Source of the DNA: an uncultured Enterobacterales bacterium
GTDB lineage: Bacteria; Pseudomonadota; Gammaproteobacteria; Enterobacterales; Psychrobiaceae
Length of the DNA: 54,668 bases
Assembly: GCA_937981905.1 (NCBI GenBank)
Contig: CALJMY010000156.1
Span: forward strand, 1-54,668
Reading direction: 5' to 3'
Part shown: one piece after another, positions 1-10,554 of the stretch
Layout: the number at the start of each line of letters is the position of its first letter
How positions within the stretch are numbered: position 1 is the first letter of the stretch
Program-made: the position numbers and the translations under genes
Notes under the pieces: model-generated
What the model saw: only the letters and a program-made list of their open reading frames with translations
Databases searched by the model: none
What the model was told of the DNA's origin: nothing

Positions 1-149
1 AGATGAAAGACACCTTTTGCGAGTGAAAATGTATCATTAAAAAAGTAAAAGTGACTAAAAGTAAACATTGGGCAGCCAAAACCAATAATGAGTAGAACAC
101 TAATCATTACCCACAGAATATTTAATATACATTGGTTCCAATTAAACAT
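1..149 (-). CDS. Partial CDS (5' end only), paraquat-inducible protein A (PqiA)-like membrane protein
   Basis: Manual translation of the minus strand from ATG at 149: MFNWNQCILNILWVMISVLLIIGFGCPMFTFSHFYFFNDTFSLAKGVFH..., open to the window edge. SD-like AAAGGTGA lies just upstream. A TM helix followed by P-x-F-T...N-x-T-F-S-L resembles the PqiA N-terminus. Not in the ORF track. Confidence 0.6.
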   Translation of the reverse strand, partial: MFNWNQCILNILWVMISVLLIIGFGCPMFTFSHFYFFNDTFSLAKGVFH

Positions 150-161
150 TTATCACCTTTA

Positions 162-775
162 CTAGACATCAATACTTATGCAAATAATCGTTAGATAATA
201 GCTTGATATTATATTATCTAGTAAAAATGGTTCTCGTAATTGAAAACCTTGAACATAGTTTATTTTACAATCACATAATAGATCTATTATGTGATTGTTT
301 TCAACATGACTAGCGATAGTTTCACTGTCGTATTCTTGTTCAATTTGTTGGTATTGATCAAGATTAATAGCACATCAACTATGTGTTCGAAGATCTTTTT
401 TTAATTTCATAAATAAGCATTAAAGACGATAATTAAAAGCTTGTCTGTTATAAAGTTTAGCTAATGGAGCATGGTTATTGTAATCATTAATTCGACTAAT
501 ACTTTGGCTAATTTTTGTAATATCTGAAAATAAAAAAACTAAATGATTGATTTCATTTTAGTCTATTAAACTAGGGGAGATATTCGTCATTGTCCAATAG
601 TCACCGCATTCTTTTGTTTGATTTTTAATGTCGCGTTGCCATTGTTTATGTTTTTAAACTGCTGATTAATGTGATTGAAACTTTAGTATTATCAAGCTGT
701 AATTGTATCTCGGTAATGATGTCTTCAAAAATACTATTGATTGATTTGTTATGAGCTAGCATATCTAAAACAACA
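162..775 (-). pseudogene. Decayed 3' part of a sensor diguanylate cyclase/phosphodiesterase (GAF, PAC, GGDEF-start and EAL-end fragments)
   Basis: Manual translation gives ILRSVVLDMLAHNKSINSIFEDII (GAF-entry-like), WQRDIKNQTKECGDYWTMTNISP...LVFLFSDIT (PAC), HAPLAKLYNRQAFNYRL and HS*CAINLDQYQQI (GGDEF start), and ETIASHVEN...LLCDCKINYVQGFQLREP (EAL end). There are frameshifts and in-frame stops at 646-648, 558-560 and 420-422. Confidence 0.75.
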
Positions 776-2047
776 CTACGAAGAATGTTTATTGGTAGGG
801 GATGTTTGAGTGTTAATTTCTACTCTCCGGCCAATACATAATGCACCTACTTGATTATATAGCTCATCATATATTGGTTGGCTCCGTAACTCTAGAATAT
901 ATGAATCAGCTTGAGCAGGCGATAATACAACTGTTTTTATAATCGATTCATTATTAAACAAAGATTTATTAATAGGATGTTCACTGGGATGAATTGGTGT
1001 TTTACCATCTTCTTCAAACATAGGATCTGAATAAAGTGTTTTCTTATTCTTTGTTAATAAAATATTCGCAGGTAAATGGTTGCTATTATCCGTATTACTG
1101 CTATTTAAATAAACATTCCCATTTCTATCTGAAACATATATTTCATCATTAACATTATTCATAATTTGATCGAGTATAAGTTGATGAGATTCATACTGTG
1201 TAGTTAAACGTTTTATTTTTTTACGTAATCTTGATGGTTCTGATAACCCTAAATATCCAATTAATGTAAATACCGAAGCCAGCATGATGCTAAACACAAA
1301 ATTAATCAAATAGAGTGAATTTGTTGATTCACCGTTAAAACTTAAATGTAAGAACCATTCGTTATTTGGAATATTAATAGCGGCTGTGTAGAGCTCACTT
1401 TGTAATGGCGTGTTTGATTGCGTTAATATTGTCGATTTATTATAAGCTCCCATGCTAATTAATTGATAATTATATGATTTGTTTTTCATGAAATCTAATT
1501 GACTGTCGTTGAAAAGGATATCAAGATTTATTTGATATGATAAATATCCCCAGTGCTCATTATTATGACTTAATGGAATATGACATTTAATATAATATTG
1601 TTTATCAATTAATTGGGGTTGTGAATAAAACGTACTCAGTTGTGATGCCGTATTGTGAGGCATTATTGGTGCTAATATCACTTTGTTTTTATATTTAGGC
1701 GTTAATGCTTCAGGGAAAACATGAGTGGTAATATCATTAGGAGAAATACGAATATGCTGAATAGAAGGAGTATTTTTAATAATTATTTTAGCAAGGGTGG
1801 ATATATCTTCTATTTTAGTTGGGTTTGATTTTATCTTTGATTGTAATATGAGTGATGTATGAGTAGCACTTTCTATCAGTTGTTCAATTTGAACTGCATT
1901 ACTAATTGTTAACTCTTGAGATAATGAACTTTGTTGATGATTTAAAATCTGTTGGGATATTGTTGACCAAAAATTAATGATAAAAAATAATATTAAAAAA
2001 CAGGCAATAGCCCCAATTATTTTAACTTTCGTTAAATGCTTACTCAT
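776..2047 (-). CDS. CHASE-like periplasmic sensor plus PAS-like domain; truncated N-terminal part of the decayed c-di-GMP signalling gene
   Basis: Two TM helices flank a domain with IRISPNDITTHVFP, HWGYLSYQINLD and INIPNNEWFLHL (CHASE-like). A PAS-like region follows (ILDQIMNNVNDEIYVSDRNG). There is no output domain, and the reading continues in another frame past the stop. Confidence 0.65.
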   Translation of the reverse strand: MSKHLTKVKIIGAIACFLILFFIINFWSTISQQILNHQQSSLSQELTISNAVQIEQLIESATHTSLILQSKIKSNPTKIEDISTLAKIIIKNTPSIQHIRISPNDITTHVFPEALTPKYKNKVILAPIMPHNTASQLSTFYSQPQLIDKQYYIKCHIPLSHNNEHWGYLSYQINLDILFNDSQLDFMKNKSYNYQLISMGAYNKSTILTQSNTPLQSELYTAAINIPNNEWFLHLSFNGESTNSLYLINFVFSIMLASVFTLIGYLGLSEPSRLRKKIKRLTTQYESHQLILDQIMNNVNDEIYVSDRNGNVYLNSSNTDNSNHLPANILLTKNKKTLYSDPMFEEDGKTPIHPSEHPINKSLFNNESIIKTVVLSPAQADSYILELRSQPIYDELYNQVGALCIGRRVEINTQTSPTNKHSS

Positions 2048-2245
2048 ATTTCGGTATTTCTTCTGCCAATGAATAATAAATATTTAAAGTTATCGAAAGG
2101 CCTTATGAAATAATTTATCCGATATTCCCTTAAATCATAAAAATTTATGTGAAAATAAATCAAAGTTTAATATGTTACATAAAGTGATAATAATCAATCT
2201 ATTTCATTTTTATTAGTGTTTCTAATATAGTAATAAAGGTAGTAA

Positions 2246-2271
2246 AGACTAGCCGTTAAGACGGCTAGTCT
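2246..2271 (-). terminator. Hairpin/intrinsic terminator downstream of nupC
   Basis: AGACTAGCCGT-taag-ACGGCTAGTCT, a perfect 11-bp stem 8 nt after the stop. Confidence 0.75.
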
Positions 2272-2278
2272 CACCTTT

Positions 2279-3523
2279 TTAAGTAAAAGATAAAAACAAA
2301 CCAGCAAGTGTTGCACTCATTAAATTTGATAAGCTACCAGCAGCCACTGCTTTTAATCCTAATTGAGCTATTTCAGTTCGACGAGATGGTGCCATTGCGC
2401 CCAACCCTCCTAGTAAAATAGCAATAGAAGAAAGGTTTGCAAAGCCACATAAAGCAAAGGTGATTATAGCTTGAGTATGAAGTGATAATGTATCTTTGAT
2501 ATTAACAAAGTTGATATACGCGACAAATTCATTAACGACTAACTTTTGCCCTATAAAACTACCAGCGGCTACAGCTTCATTCCATGGTACGCCAATTAAA
2601 AATGCTAGGGGAGAGAATAAGTACCCTAATAAAAGTTGAATAGTAATACCATCATAACCAAATAATGAAGCAATATAACTAACTAGTGTATTCATTAACG
2701 CAATCAAACCAATGAATGCTAATAGCATAGCGCCAACATTTAATGCGAGCTGTAACCCTGAGCTTGCGCCGTTTGCTGCTGCTTCTATAACATTAGAAGA
2801 TTTTTCGTTGTCCGCGTCTTCATCAATTACAATAGAATCATCAGGAGATTTAGTTTCAGGTACCATTAATTTGGCCATTAATATTCCACCTGGCGCCGCC
2901 ATAAAAGAAGCTGCAACAAGGTATTTTAACTCTATACCAAGACTTGCATATCCTGCTAACACTGAACCTGCTACCGATGCTAAACCACCAACCATTACGG
3001 CAAATAACTCAGACCGTGTCATACGTTTTATGTAGGGACGAACGACTAAAGGGGCTTCAGTTTGACCAACAAATACGTTAGCAGTGGCAGATAATGATTC
3101 GGTACGGCTAGTTCCCATTGCTTTTTGTAATAAACCACCAATCACTTGTATGATTTTTTGCATAATACCTAGGTGGTATAAAACGGCAATAAGCGATGAG
3201 AAGAATATAATGATGGGCAGTACGCGCAAAGCAAATACAAAACCATTATTACCAAAGACTTCGAACATTTGAGGGCTTACTAATCCACCAAAAAGAAAAT
3301 TTACTCCTTCTTGCGCACTATCTATTACTGATTGAACGACACCTGAAATACTTTCTAAAATACTTTGCCCAGCAGGAATGTATAAAACAAAAGCACCTAA
3401 GCCAGCTTGCAATAAAAATGCGACACTAACGGTTCTAACATTAATTTTTTTCCTATTTTCTGACAGTAAAATAGCGATAGTAATTAATGTAATAATACCA
3501 ATGATGCCCATGAAAACATTCAT
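2279..3523 (-). CDS. nupC: NupC/NupG family (CNT) nucleoside transporter
   Basis: CNT motifs [44 protein letters not shown]. Confidence 0.9.
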   Translation of the reverse strand: MNVFMGIIGIITLITIAILLSENRKKINVRTVSVAFLLQAGLGAFVLYIPAGQSILESISGVVQSVIDSAQEGVNFLFGGLVSPQMFEVFGNNGFVFALRVLPIIIFFSSLIAVLYHLGIMQKIIQVIGGLLQKAMGTSRTESLSATANVFVGQTEAPLVVRPYIKRMTRSELFAVMVGGLASVAGSVLAGYASLGIELKYLVAASFMAAPGGILMAKLMVPETKSPDDSIVIDEDADNEKSSNVIEAAANGASSGLQLALNVGAMLLAFIGLIALMNTLVSYIASLFGYDGITIQLLLGYLFSPLAFLIGVPWNEAVAAGSFIGQKLVVNEFVAYINFVNIKDTLSLHTQAIITFALCGFANLSSIAILLGGLGAMAPSRRTEIAQLGLKAVAAGSLSNLMSATLAGLFLSFT

Positions 3524-3771
3524 TTAAAATTCCTATTATTTAATTGTTATTAATTCTTATGTATATGTTTTAGTAATGTAAATTGTGATGAACGTGATAA
3601 TATCCATATTATATACTATCAAGTAAGATGGTTATCTGAAAATTTATGCATATAAATTGATACTCATAGTATCGCCTTATATGTATGAATTGTGACAAAG
3701 TCTGGATTAAATCATAAATATTTGAAATACGTCACGATTGATAGACAACATATAAATATTAAGGTTGAATT

Positions 3772-4239
3772 ATGCTCAAGCTGGAAGTTGAATGGAAATT
3801 TTTACGTTTTGAGCAATTATCAACAATACAATTATATCAACTTTTACAATTGCGCGTTGCAGTGTTTGTCGTTGAGCAAGCTTGTTATTATCAAGAGCTA
3901 GATAATAAGGACCTACACAACCAAACGTACCATGTCATTGGTTATTTAGATAATGAAATTGTTGCTTACACAAGAGTACTCGCGCCAACGGTTAGTTATG
4001 AACTACACGCGAGTATAGGACGTGTTATTGTTGATAAATCTTGTAGAGGAATGAATTTAGGAAATGATCTTCTTACACACTCTGTCGCATTAACAAAAAA
4101 ATTATGGCCTACTGCATCAATAAAAATATCAGCACAAGAGCCTTTAGAAAATTTTTATAAACAATTTGGATTTGAAAAAACCTCATCTATGTATCTAGAG
4201 GATAATATCCCTCATATTGCGATGATTTTACCTGTTTGA
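3772..4239 (+). CDS. elaA: ElaA family GNAT acetyltransferase
   Basis: LYQLLQLRVAVFVVEQAC, SIGRVIV, ISAQ..LENFY..FGF, YLEDNIPHIAM. Confidence 0.9.
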   Translation: MLKLEVEWKFLRFEQLSTIQLYQLLQLRVAVFVVEQACYYQELDNKDLHNQTYHVIGYLDNEIVAYTRVLAPTVSYELHASIGRVIVDKSCRGMNLGNDLLTHSVALTKKLWPTASIKISAQEPLENFYKQFGFEKTSSMYLEDNIPHIAMILPV

Positions 4240-4351
4240 TTATAGAGTATATAATTATTGTAATGAGCTACTTGTACATTTAATAGCTCTCTTATTTTTG
4301 TTCTATTGATATATTGTTGCAATTGACGACAACTTTTTACTAAGGGAATCA

Positions 4352-5155
4352 ATGTTAATGTTTTCTTTTAACATTTTTAAATTACTGTTGTTACTTAGTT
4401 TATTGAGTATAAATTATATTAGTTTTGCTGAAGAACCACCTACTTATCCTGTGTTGAAAGTAGGTTTTATGAGCTCTATTAAGCGATTAGATGACGGTTA
4501 TTATGTTGGTAGCATACCAGACATTATGAAGGAAGCGGCTGCACAAACAGAGTATTCATTATCGCTGCAAGCAATGCCAATAAAACGATTGTTAAAGTCA
4601 CTCGAAGCTGGCACTTTAGATGCAGCTATTGGTTTGTTTAAGCGTGATGAACGACTTGAATATGCTAGTTATTTACAAAAACCTATAGGCTGGGTTTGTG
4701 CCAATTTATTTCATTTAAAATCTAACTCATCAATCACTGATGAATTTTCTTCTCTTTATAAAAAAAATATTGGCTCATTAAGAGGGGCAAGTTGGGGTGA
4801 AAAGTTAAAAGATGTATTAAAAACCCAAAAAACTAATCAAACTCAAGTCTCTAATTATGACATGCTAGCTAAAATGCTCATAAAAGAGCGCTTGGATGCT
4901 GTTATCGCAAGTAGTGAAGTATTTAAGTCAGCAATAAGGAAACAAAATTTAGAAGGTGACTTTGTTTCTATCCCACTAAAATACACACCGAATATGGGCA
5001 TGTATATTTTAGTCTCAAAGCAGAGTCGACTTGCTCAGGAAGAACAGTTAGTTGAAAAATTAAATAAAGCACTTAATGTAATGTCTACAGAAAATCGATT
5101 CAGAATAATATATCAAAGTAATGGTAAAACCTTTGATGAGCACTGTCATTTATAA
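4352..5155 (+). CDS. Orphan substrate-binding periplasmic protein (family 3-like)
   Basis: Signal peptide, MPIKRLLKSLEAGTLDA, IGSLRGAS and MLIKERLDAVI patterns; no adjacent ABC permease. Confidence 0.75.
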   Translation: MLMFSFNIFKLLLLLSLLSINYISFAEEPPTYPVLKVGFMSSIKRLDDGYYVGSIPDIMKEAAAQTEYSLSLQAMPIKRLLKSLEAGTLDAAIGLFKRDERLEYASYLQKPIGWVCANLFHLKSNSSITDEFSSLYKKNIGSLRGASWGEKLKDVLKTQKTNQTQVSNYDMLAKMLIKERLDAVIASSEVFKSAIRKQNLEGDFVSIPLKYTPNMGMYILVSKQSRLAQEEQLVEKLNKALNVMSTENRFRIIYQSNGKTFDEHCHL

Positions 5156-5158
5156 ATA

Positions 5159-5188
5159 ATTTGAAGAATGCATAAACACTCTTCAAAT
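5159..5188. terminator. Probable bidirectional hairpin between the convergent SBP gene and aroH
   Basis: ATTTGAAGA...TCTTCAAAT inverted repeat in the 38-bp convergent gap. Confidence 0.45.
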
Positions 5189-5193
5189 AGTGT

Positions 5194-6270
5194 TTATTGC
5201 TTAAATTTCATTCTAACGCCTGACGCTGTTGCTAAATCAGATAATAATTTTATAGTATCATCCCAATGAATACAGGCATCTGTAATACTTTTTCCATAAA
5301 CTAATGATTCCCCGTTTTCTATTTTTTGGTTACCCTCTTCAATAAAACTTTCGGCCATTATCCCTGCAACATGATTACTACCAGTTTTAATTTGTGAAAT
5401 AACATCATCAGCTACACTAAGCTGGTTTTTATGCTTTTTTAAACTATTACCATGACTAAAATCAATTATTAGTGACGGCATTAAATTAGCTGCTGCTAAT
5501 TGATCGCAAGCATCATCAACAAACGTTTGTTGATAATTAGGTTGTTCACCGCCCCGTAAGATAATGTGTCCAAAAGGATTACCGTGAGTACGATATACAG
5601 TCATTAAACCGTTTTTGTCTGGTGAGTAAAAAATGTGTGATTCACGCGATGCTCGTACTGCGTCGATAGCTATTTGGGTATTACCGTTAGTACCGTTCTT
5701 AAAGCCAACAGGGCAAGATAATGCAGATGCCATTTCACGATGTACTTGGCTTTCAGTTGTTCTAGCTCCAATAGCTCCCCAGCTAACTAAGTCAGATATA
5801 TATTGTCCGTTTACCATATCTAAAAATTCAGTCGCTATTGGTAATCCCATTTCAGCAAGTTCTACTAATAAACCTCGAGCGAGTCTTAATCCTTTATTTG
5901 CTTGATATTTTCCGTTCAAATCGGGGTCACTAATTAAACCTTTCCAACCAACAATTGTGCGTGGCTTTTCAAAATAAACACGCATTGCGATCAGCAAACT
6001 ATCTTTATATTTTATTTGTAATGTTTTTAAACGACTTGCGTAATCAAGCGCTGCTATTGTGTCATGAATTGAACATGGACCAATGATTACAAGTAAACGT
6101 TTGTCTTGCCCATTAATGACAGCCTCTATTTCACGACGATTATTAATTATACTCTGTGCCCCTTGTTTGGATAAGGGGAATTCATCCGCCAATTGACTAG
6201 GAGTAATGACTTGGTCGATGTATGTAGTTCTTAGTTCATCAGTTTGTAGAGGCATATTGTCAGGCTTCAT
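5194..6270 (-). CDS. aroH: 3-deoxy-7-phosphoheptulonate (DAHP) synthase, class I, AroH-like
   Basis: GPCSIHD, RVYFEKPRT, IGARTTESQVHR, DFSHGNS; the N-terminal TDELRT is typical of the AroH isoform. Confidence 0.88.
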   Translation of the reverse strand: MKPDNMPLQTDELRTTYIDQVITPSQLADEFPLSKQGAQSIINNRREIEAVINGQDKRLLVIIGPCSIHDTIAALDYASRLKTLQIKYKDSLLIAMRVYFEKPRTIVGWKGLISDPDLNGKYQANKGLRLARGLLVELAEMGLPIATEFLDMVNGQYISDLVSWGAIGARTTESQVHREMASALSCPVGFKNGTNGNTQIAIDAVRASRESHIFYSPDKNGLMTVYRTHGNPFGHIILRGGEQPNYQQTFVDDACDQLAAANLMPSLIIDFSHGNSLKKHKNQLSVADDVISQIKTGSNHVAGIMAESFIEEGNQKIENGESLVYGKSITDACIHWDDTIKLLSDLATASGVRMKFKQ

Positions 6271-6449
6271 TGATTATTGTTATTAACAGATTAACAATAT
6301 CCGAAATTTGAGATAGGTGAAAGTGGATTAAATTAATAGGAAGTCTAATCTTTAGATTTATGATCAAGCGCTCAAAGAATCGTTACATCGTTAATGTTTA
6401 ATATTGATAGGTCATAGTTCTATTTATAGGGGAAATAATTTTAGTTTAA

Positions 6450-8828
6450 GTGGTTTTTTTGTGTCTAAAGTCTAAACAAGGTAAAGTGGCTTTAAAATGT
6501 AAAGTGCGGGTATTAAGCGTGGTTCTTCAACAAGATAAACATATTCAGATCAATCAATGGGTATTCATATATTCTCAATCTAAAGTTATTAAAGCGGCTG
6601 CTGATAAGAGTATTGATGAAACGTTAGAAGTCGTCCAGTTAAATGAATTAAATAATAAAATACTCTGGCATATGGTAGGAAGTTATCCAGAAATTATTAC
6701 TGCTAACCAATTGTTAGTATTACTTAATGACGAGAAAGTAACCCGCAACAAACTTTATCAATCTATTGCTAAATTACGTCGTATTTTTGATGATAGAACT
6801 CATAATGCTACTTACATCGAAACCGTTCCTCGAAAAGGCTATAGCTGGTTAGTTGAACCATTTAACCGTGACGAAACATCAAATGATAAAGTACTTTATG
6901 AAAGTAGTGTCGATGATAATCATGATACGAAATATCAGCAGGATGAAGGCAGCACTATAACAAGCCAAATTAATATTGATAGCGACAATCAAGTTATTAT
7001 TAAAAATGAGATTGTAAATGACGAAAGTGTCGATTTAAAAATCAATACTTCAGATGAAAATACTGGTGGTATCTTAACTCAAAATATTTTCGATGATTTA
7101 GGGTTTATGAAAAATAACCAAGATGATGAAATAAAAGAAGTTGAATCATCTGTTAATGAAAAAGAACTTGAACCAGTAAAGAATATAAAACCCAAAAAAT
7201 ATCGTTGGCTGTGGATGTCTTTATTGTTCATAGTTGTATTGATATGTGGATACATTTTTTATAAACCTCAACCACCTGTTATTTTCGTTGCTAGTGATAA
7301 ATTATACATAAGTCCTATTGTTATTCATGAGAAAAGTAATGACATATCTCCTCAGGCTTTAAATAAGGTTCAATGGTGGATTAAACAAAAATTACATCAT
7401 ATTCCAGCAATGACAGTTTTATCAACAGGAGATAAGAATAAAGTCCCCCGCATTGATAGTGTTATTGAACGCAAAGAGCAATTGATAAAGATCACATTAA
7501 CGTTTGTGTCTAAACAGGCGGATTTATTACCACAAAAAATGTTTATTATTGTCAAAGATAAAATAGATGCTAAAAGTATCATTGGCGACGACTTTAATCA
7601 CAGGGTGACTCAATTGATTACTGGTGTAGAAAATACAATTATTTCAAATGATGTTTGTAATCTTGATTCTTTTATTACCTCGCAACATGCATTAGATAGC
7701 TGCTTAGTTGATATTCATCAACAGTATAAAAATTTATTGTCGATATTAAATAATGAAAATAAAACTGATGAAGATGAAACCTCAACAATAAACACGCTTG
7801 AAGTATTAGGCCAAAAAACAATTACTGCTTATAAAAATAATAGCCTTGGATATCAAATATTGGCTAGCTTTTACCAAGAGTCTGAAGCGTTTGATAAAGC
7901 GCATGAGCAACTTTTGTTAGCAATGGAACGCAATCAAAATGAACCAGAGATAATTAAAGCATTAAGTGAAAGCTATCGTAGAATAGGTGAATTTAATCGT
8001 AGTTTATTATTGGTTGAAGCCTTATTAAATCGAAATGTTGATAAGCAATATGCACTTTATTGGAAGGCTTATGATTTGGTTGCATTAGGATATCTATATA
8101 AAGCTCAAAAAATTATTGGTGAAAATGATCTCGAATTAAAAACATTAAGAGAAAAAGTTTATTTCTTTGGTATAAATTACAACCAACTAAATAATGTATT
8201 AAATGATGTTGAAAATTATGACACACAGACGCTAAGTTTTATTAGTGAAATTATTAGTGATGATGATTATTGTAGTGTAAGAAAACAGGTTGAAGCGTGT
8301 ATTGAGGAAACAAACAATAATATAAACGTTAATTTTCCTATTTCTAAATGGAAAGCTGCGGCTAGCTATTTAACAGGTAAAGATATTGAAGAGGGTTATG
8401 AGTTAATAAGAAATGATCAGTGGTTAGCTAAAAAAGATAATAATTTAATTGGCAGCGGTGATCGAGTTTTCTTTATACCGTCATTAGCCAATATGTTAAT
8501 TAAAATGGATAGAATCGAAGAAGCTAATGAGTTATTGAATCGATTGATTGTTTTTATCCAAAGCTCTAATACAAATCAAATGTATTCATTAACATTAGCT
8601 GAGGCATATACTTTGTTAGGTCATCATAGTGATGCATTAAATCAAATGGAAAAACTATTAGCACAAGGATGGTTACCTAATGCTAAATATCAAATTTGGG
8701 CACTAGCAGATAATCCTAATTTTGAAGCGATTAAGCATCAATGGCAATTTCTTAATTTATTAGAGTTGATTGATAATAGAAGAAAATTGATTAAACTTCG
8801 TATCGATGATTTAAAAAAAGTAGAATAA
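6450..8828 (+). CDS. Membrane-anchored CadC/ToxR-like regulator (winged HTH, acidic linker, TM helix, TPR-like periplasmic domain); true start may be slightly downstream
   Basis: LYQSIAKLRRIFDD...YIETVPRKGYSW (OmpR/CadC wHTH), single TM WLWMSLLFIVVLICGYIFY, helical TPR-like C-terminal region. Confidence 0.8.
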   Translation: MVFLCLKSKQGKVALKCKVRVLSVVLQQDKHIQINQWVFIYSQSKVIKAAADKSIDETLEVVQLNELNNKILWHMVGSYPEIITANQLLVLLNDEKVTRNKLYQSIAKLRRIFDDRTHNATYIETVPRKGYSWLVEPFNRDETSNDKVLYESSVDDNHDTKYQQDEGSTITSQINIDSDNQVIIKNEIVNDESVDLKINTSDENTGGILTQNIFDDLGFMKNNQDDEIKEVESSVNEKELEPVKNIKPKKYRWLWMSLLFIVVLICGYIFYKPQPPVIFVASDKLYISPIVIHEKSNDISPQALNKVQWWIKQKLHHIPAMTVLSTGDKNKVPRIDSVIERKEQLIKITLTFVSKQADLLPQKMFIIVKDKIDAKSIIGDDFNHRVTQLITGVENTIISNDVCNLDSFITSQHALDSCLVDIHQQYKNLLSILNNENKTDEDETSTINTLEVLGQKTITAYKNNSLGYQILASFYQESEAFDKAHEQLLLAMERNQNEPEIIKALSESYRRIGEFNRSLLLVEALLNRNVDKQYALYWKAYDLVALGYLYKAQKIIGENDLELKTLREKVYFFGINYNQLNNVLNDVENYDTQTLSFISEIISDDDYCSVRKQVEACIEETNNNINVNFPISKWKAAASYLTGKDIEEGYELIRNDQWLAKKDNNLIGSGDRVFFIPSLANMLIKMDRIEEANELLNRLIVFIQSSNTNQMYSLTLAEAYTLLGHHSDALNQMEKLLAQGWLPNAKYQIWALADNPNFEAIKHQWQFLNLLELIDNRRKLIKLRIDDLKKVE

Positions 8829-8868
8829 AATTATTTTATAGCACTATAAAATAATAAAAAGAGCAATA

Positions 8869-8903
8869 AAAAAAGGTGAGTTATTAATATAACTCACCTT
8901 TTT
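8869..8903. terminator. Bidirectional intrinsic terminator (regulator / aspC)
   Basis: AAAAAAGGTGAGTTA-ttaata-TAACTCACCTTTTTT. Confidence 0.85.
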
Positions 8904-8952
8904 TATGTTCTAAAGTTAATTGCTAAATAGCATTAAGCTAATAGTATTAGAA

Positions 8953-10143
8953 CTAGATAACCTGACAGATTGCTTTACACAATGCATCAATGTTCTTTGT
9001 CGTCATACCTGCAACACTAATACGGCCAGAACCTACGATGTAAACAGCATGCTCAACACGTAACGTTTCTACTTGCTCTTTTGTTAAACCAGAGAAAGAG
9101 AACATACCACATTGGCGAGTAATGAATGAATAATCACCAGTAGCACCATGTTTAGCTAATGTTTCAACAAACAGTGTACGCATTTGTGCGATACGTTCGC
9201 GCATTTGTGCAACTTCTTTAATCCACAAGGCCGTTAATGCTTCGTCAGCTAAAATTGTCGCTACAACTGCAGCACCATGTGCTGGTGGATTTGAATAGTT
9301 TGAACGAATAATTGATTTAACTTGGCTAAATGCACTAGTTGCAATATCACTAGATTTTGCAACCAATGTTACAGCGCCAACTCGTTCGTTGTACAAACCG
9401 AAGTTTTTAGAGAAAGAGTTTGCAACAATTAATTCTTCGTTATGTCTAGCGAAAGTACGAAGACCTTGTGCATCTTCTTCAACACCAACGCCGAAACCTT
9501 GGTAAGCAAAATCAAATAAGCCTAAGATGTTTTGTTCTTTAGCAAGTAAAGCAATTTTTTCCCATTGCTCGCTTGTAGGATCAATACCAGTAGGATTATG
9601 ACAACAGCCATGGAACAATACAGCATCGCCTTTTTGAGTTTGCGCTAAAGAAGCCATCATACCGTCAAAGTCTAATGATTGATTTTTTGCATCATAATAA
9701 TTGTATTGAACAATTTCTAAGCCAGCAGCTTTAAAAATGTTGCCATGGTTTGCCCATGTCGGGTTACTTACCCAAATACGTTTAATGCCTAATTGACTTA
9801 CCATAAAATCAGCAGCAATACGTAATGAACCTGTTCCACCTGGTGCTTGGGCTGTTGCAGCAAGGTTATTGGTAATAATGTCACTACCAGCGCCAAAAAG
9901 AAGTTGTTGTACACACTTGCCGTAAGCAGGTAACCCTTCAATATTTAGGTAAGACTTTGTTTTTTCATTTGTTAATAAAAACTGTTCTGCTTTTTTAACA
10001 CATTCCAAAACTGGAGTTTCGCTTTCATCTGTTTTATAGATTCCAACACCTAAGTTAATCTTTTCGCTTCGGCTGTCTTTCTTGAAAGCTTCGGTTAAAC
10101 CAAGTATAGGGTCAGCGGGTGCAGTTTTAACTACTTCAAACAT
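8953..10143 (-). CDS. aspC: Aspartate aminotransferase
   Basis: [50 protein letters not shown] (PLP lysine). Confidence 0.93.
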   Translation of the reverse strand: MFEVVKTAPADPILGLTEAFKKDSRSEKINLGVGIYKTDESETPVLECVKKAEQFLLTNEKTKSYLNIEGLPAYGKCVQQLLFGAGSDIITNNLAATAQAPGGTGSLRIAADFMVSQLGIKRIWVSNPTWANHGNIFKAAGLEIVQYNYYDAKNQSLDFDGMMASLAQTQKGDAVLFHGCCHNPTGIDPTSEQWEKIALLAKEQNILGLFDFAYQGFGVGVEEDAQGLRTFARHNEELIVANSFSKNFGLYNERVGAVTLVAKSSDIATSAFSQVKSIIRSNYSNPPAHGAAVVATILADEALTALWIKEVAQMRERIAQMRTLFVETLAKHGATGDYSFITRQCGMFSFSGLTKEQVETLRVEHAVYIVGSGRISVAGMTTKNIDALCKAICQVI

Positions 10144-10554
10144 GAGTTAATCCTAATTTTATAAGAGGGAGGTAATAAAAATTTTGCTATTTATAACATG
10201 TAACTAAATATGCTGGTAGTGATTCCTAGTGCTTTTTAAGCTATTACTAATTATTTTTAATATTTAATAGGTAGTAGGCTCTAAAAGTGAATGCTCAATC
10301 AATTTTTTTGATTATTCTTTTTATAAAGGAGGTAAATAATAGATATTGATGAGTCTGGTGAGAGTTCAACCATAAAATAAATATTATTTTATGGTTTTTA
10401 GCAAAATATGTCCGATATTTGTCATTATTCACTCAGTTAGTTCCCTTTGACTATGTTATTATCATATCGTTCAGTTAAAATTCAGTACATAATTGTTTTA
10501 ATGGCTGCATTACATTACATATATATAAAAATATTAATATTTACAGGGAATAAC

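Noticed and set aside
6381-6393. 13-mer CGTTACATCGTTA shared (inverted) with about 42615-42627, loosely matS-like
   Set aside because: Does not fit the matS palindrome, and shared 13-mers are expected by chance in 55 kb of AT-rich DNA.
6271-6449. TrpR/TyrR box or attenuator upstream of aroH
   Set aside because: No recognisable operator palindrome and no aromatic-codon leader peptide found by eye.
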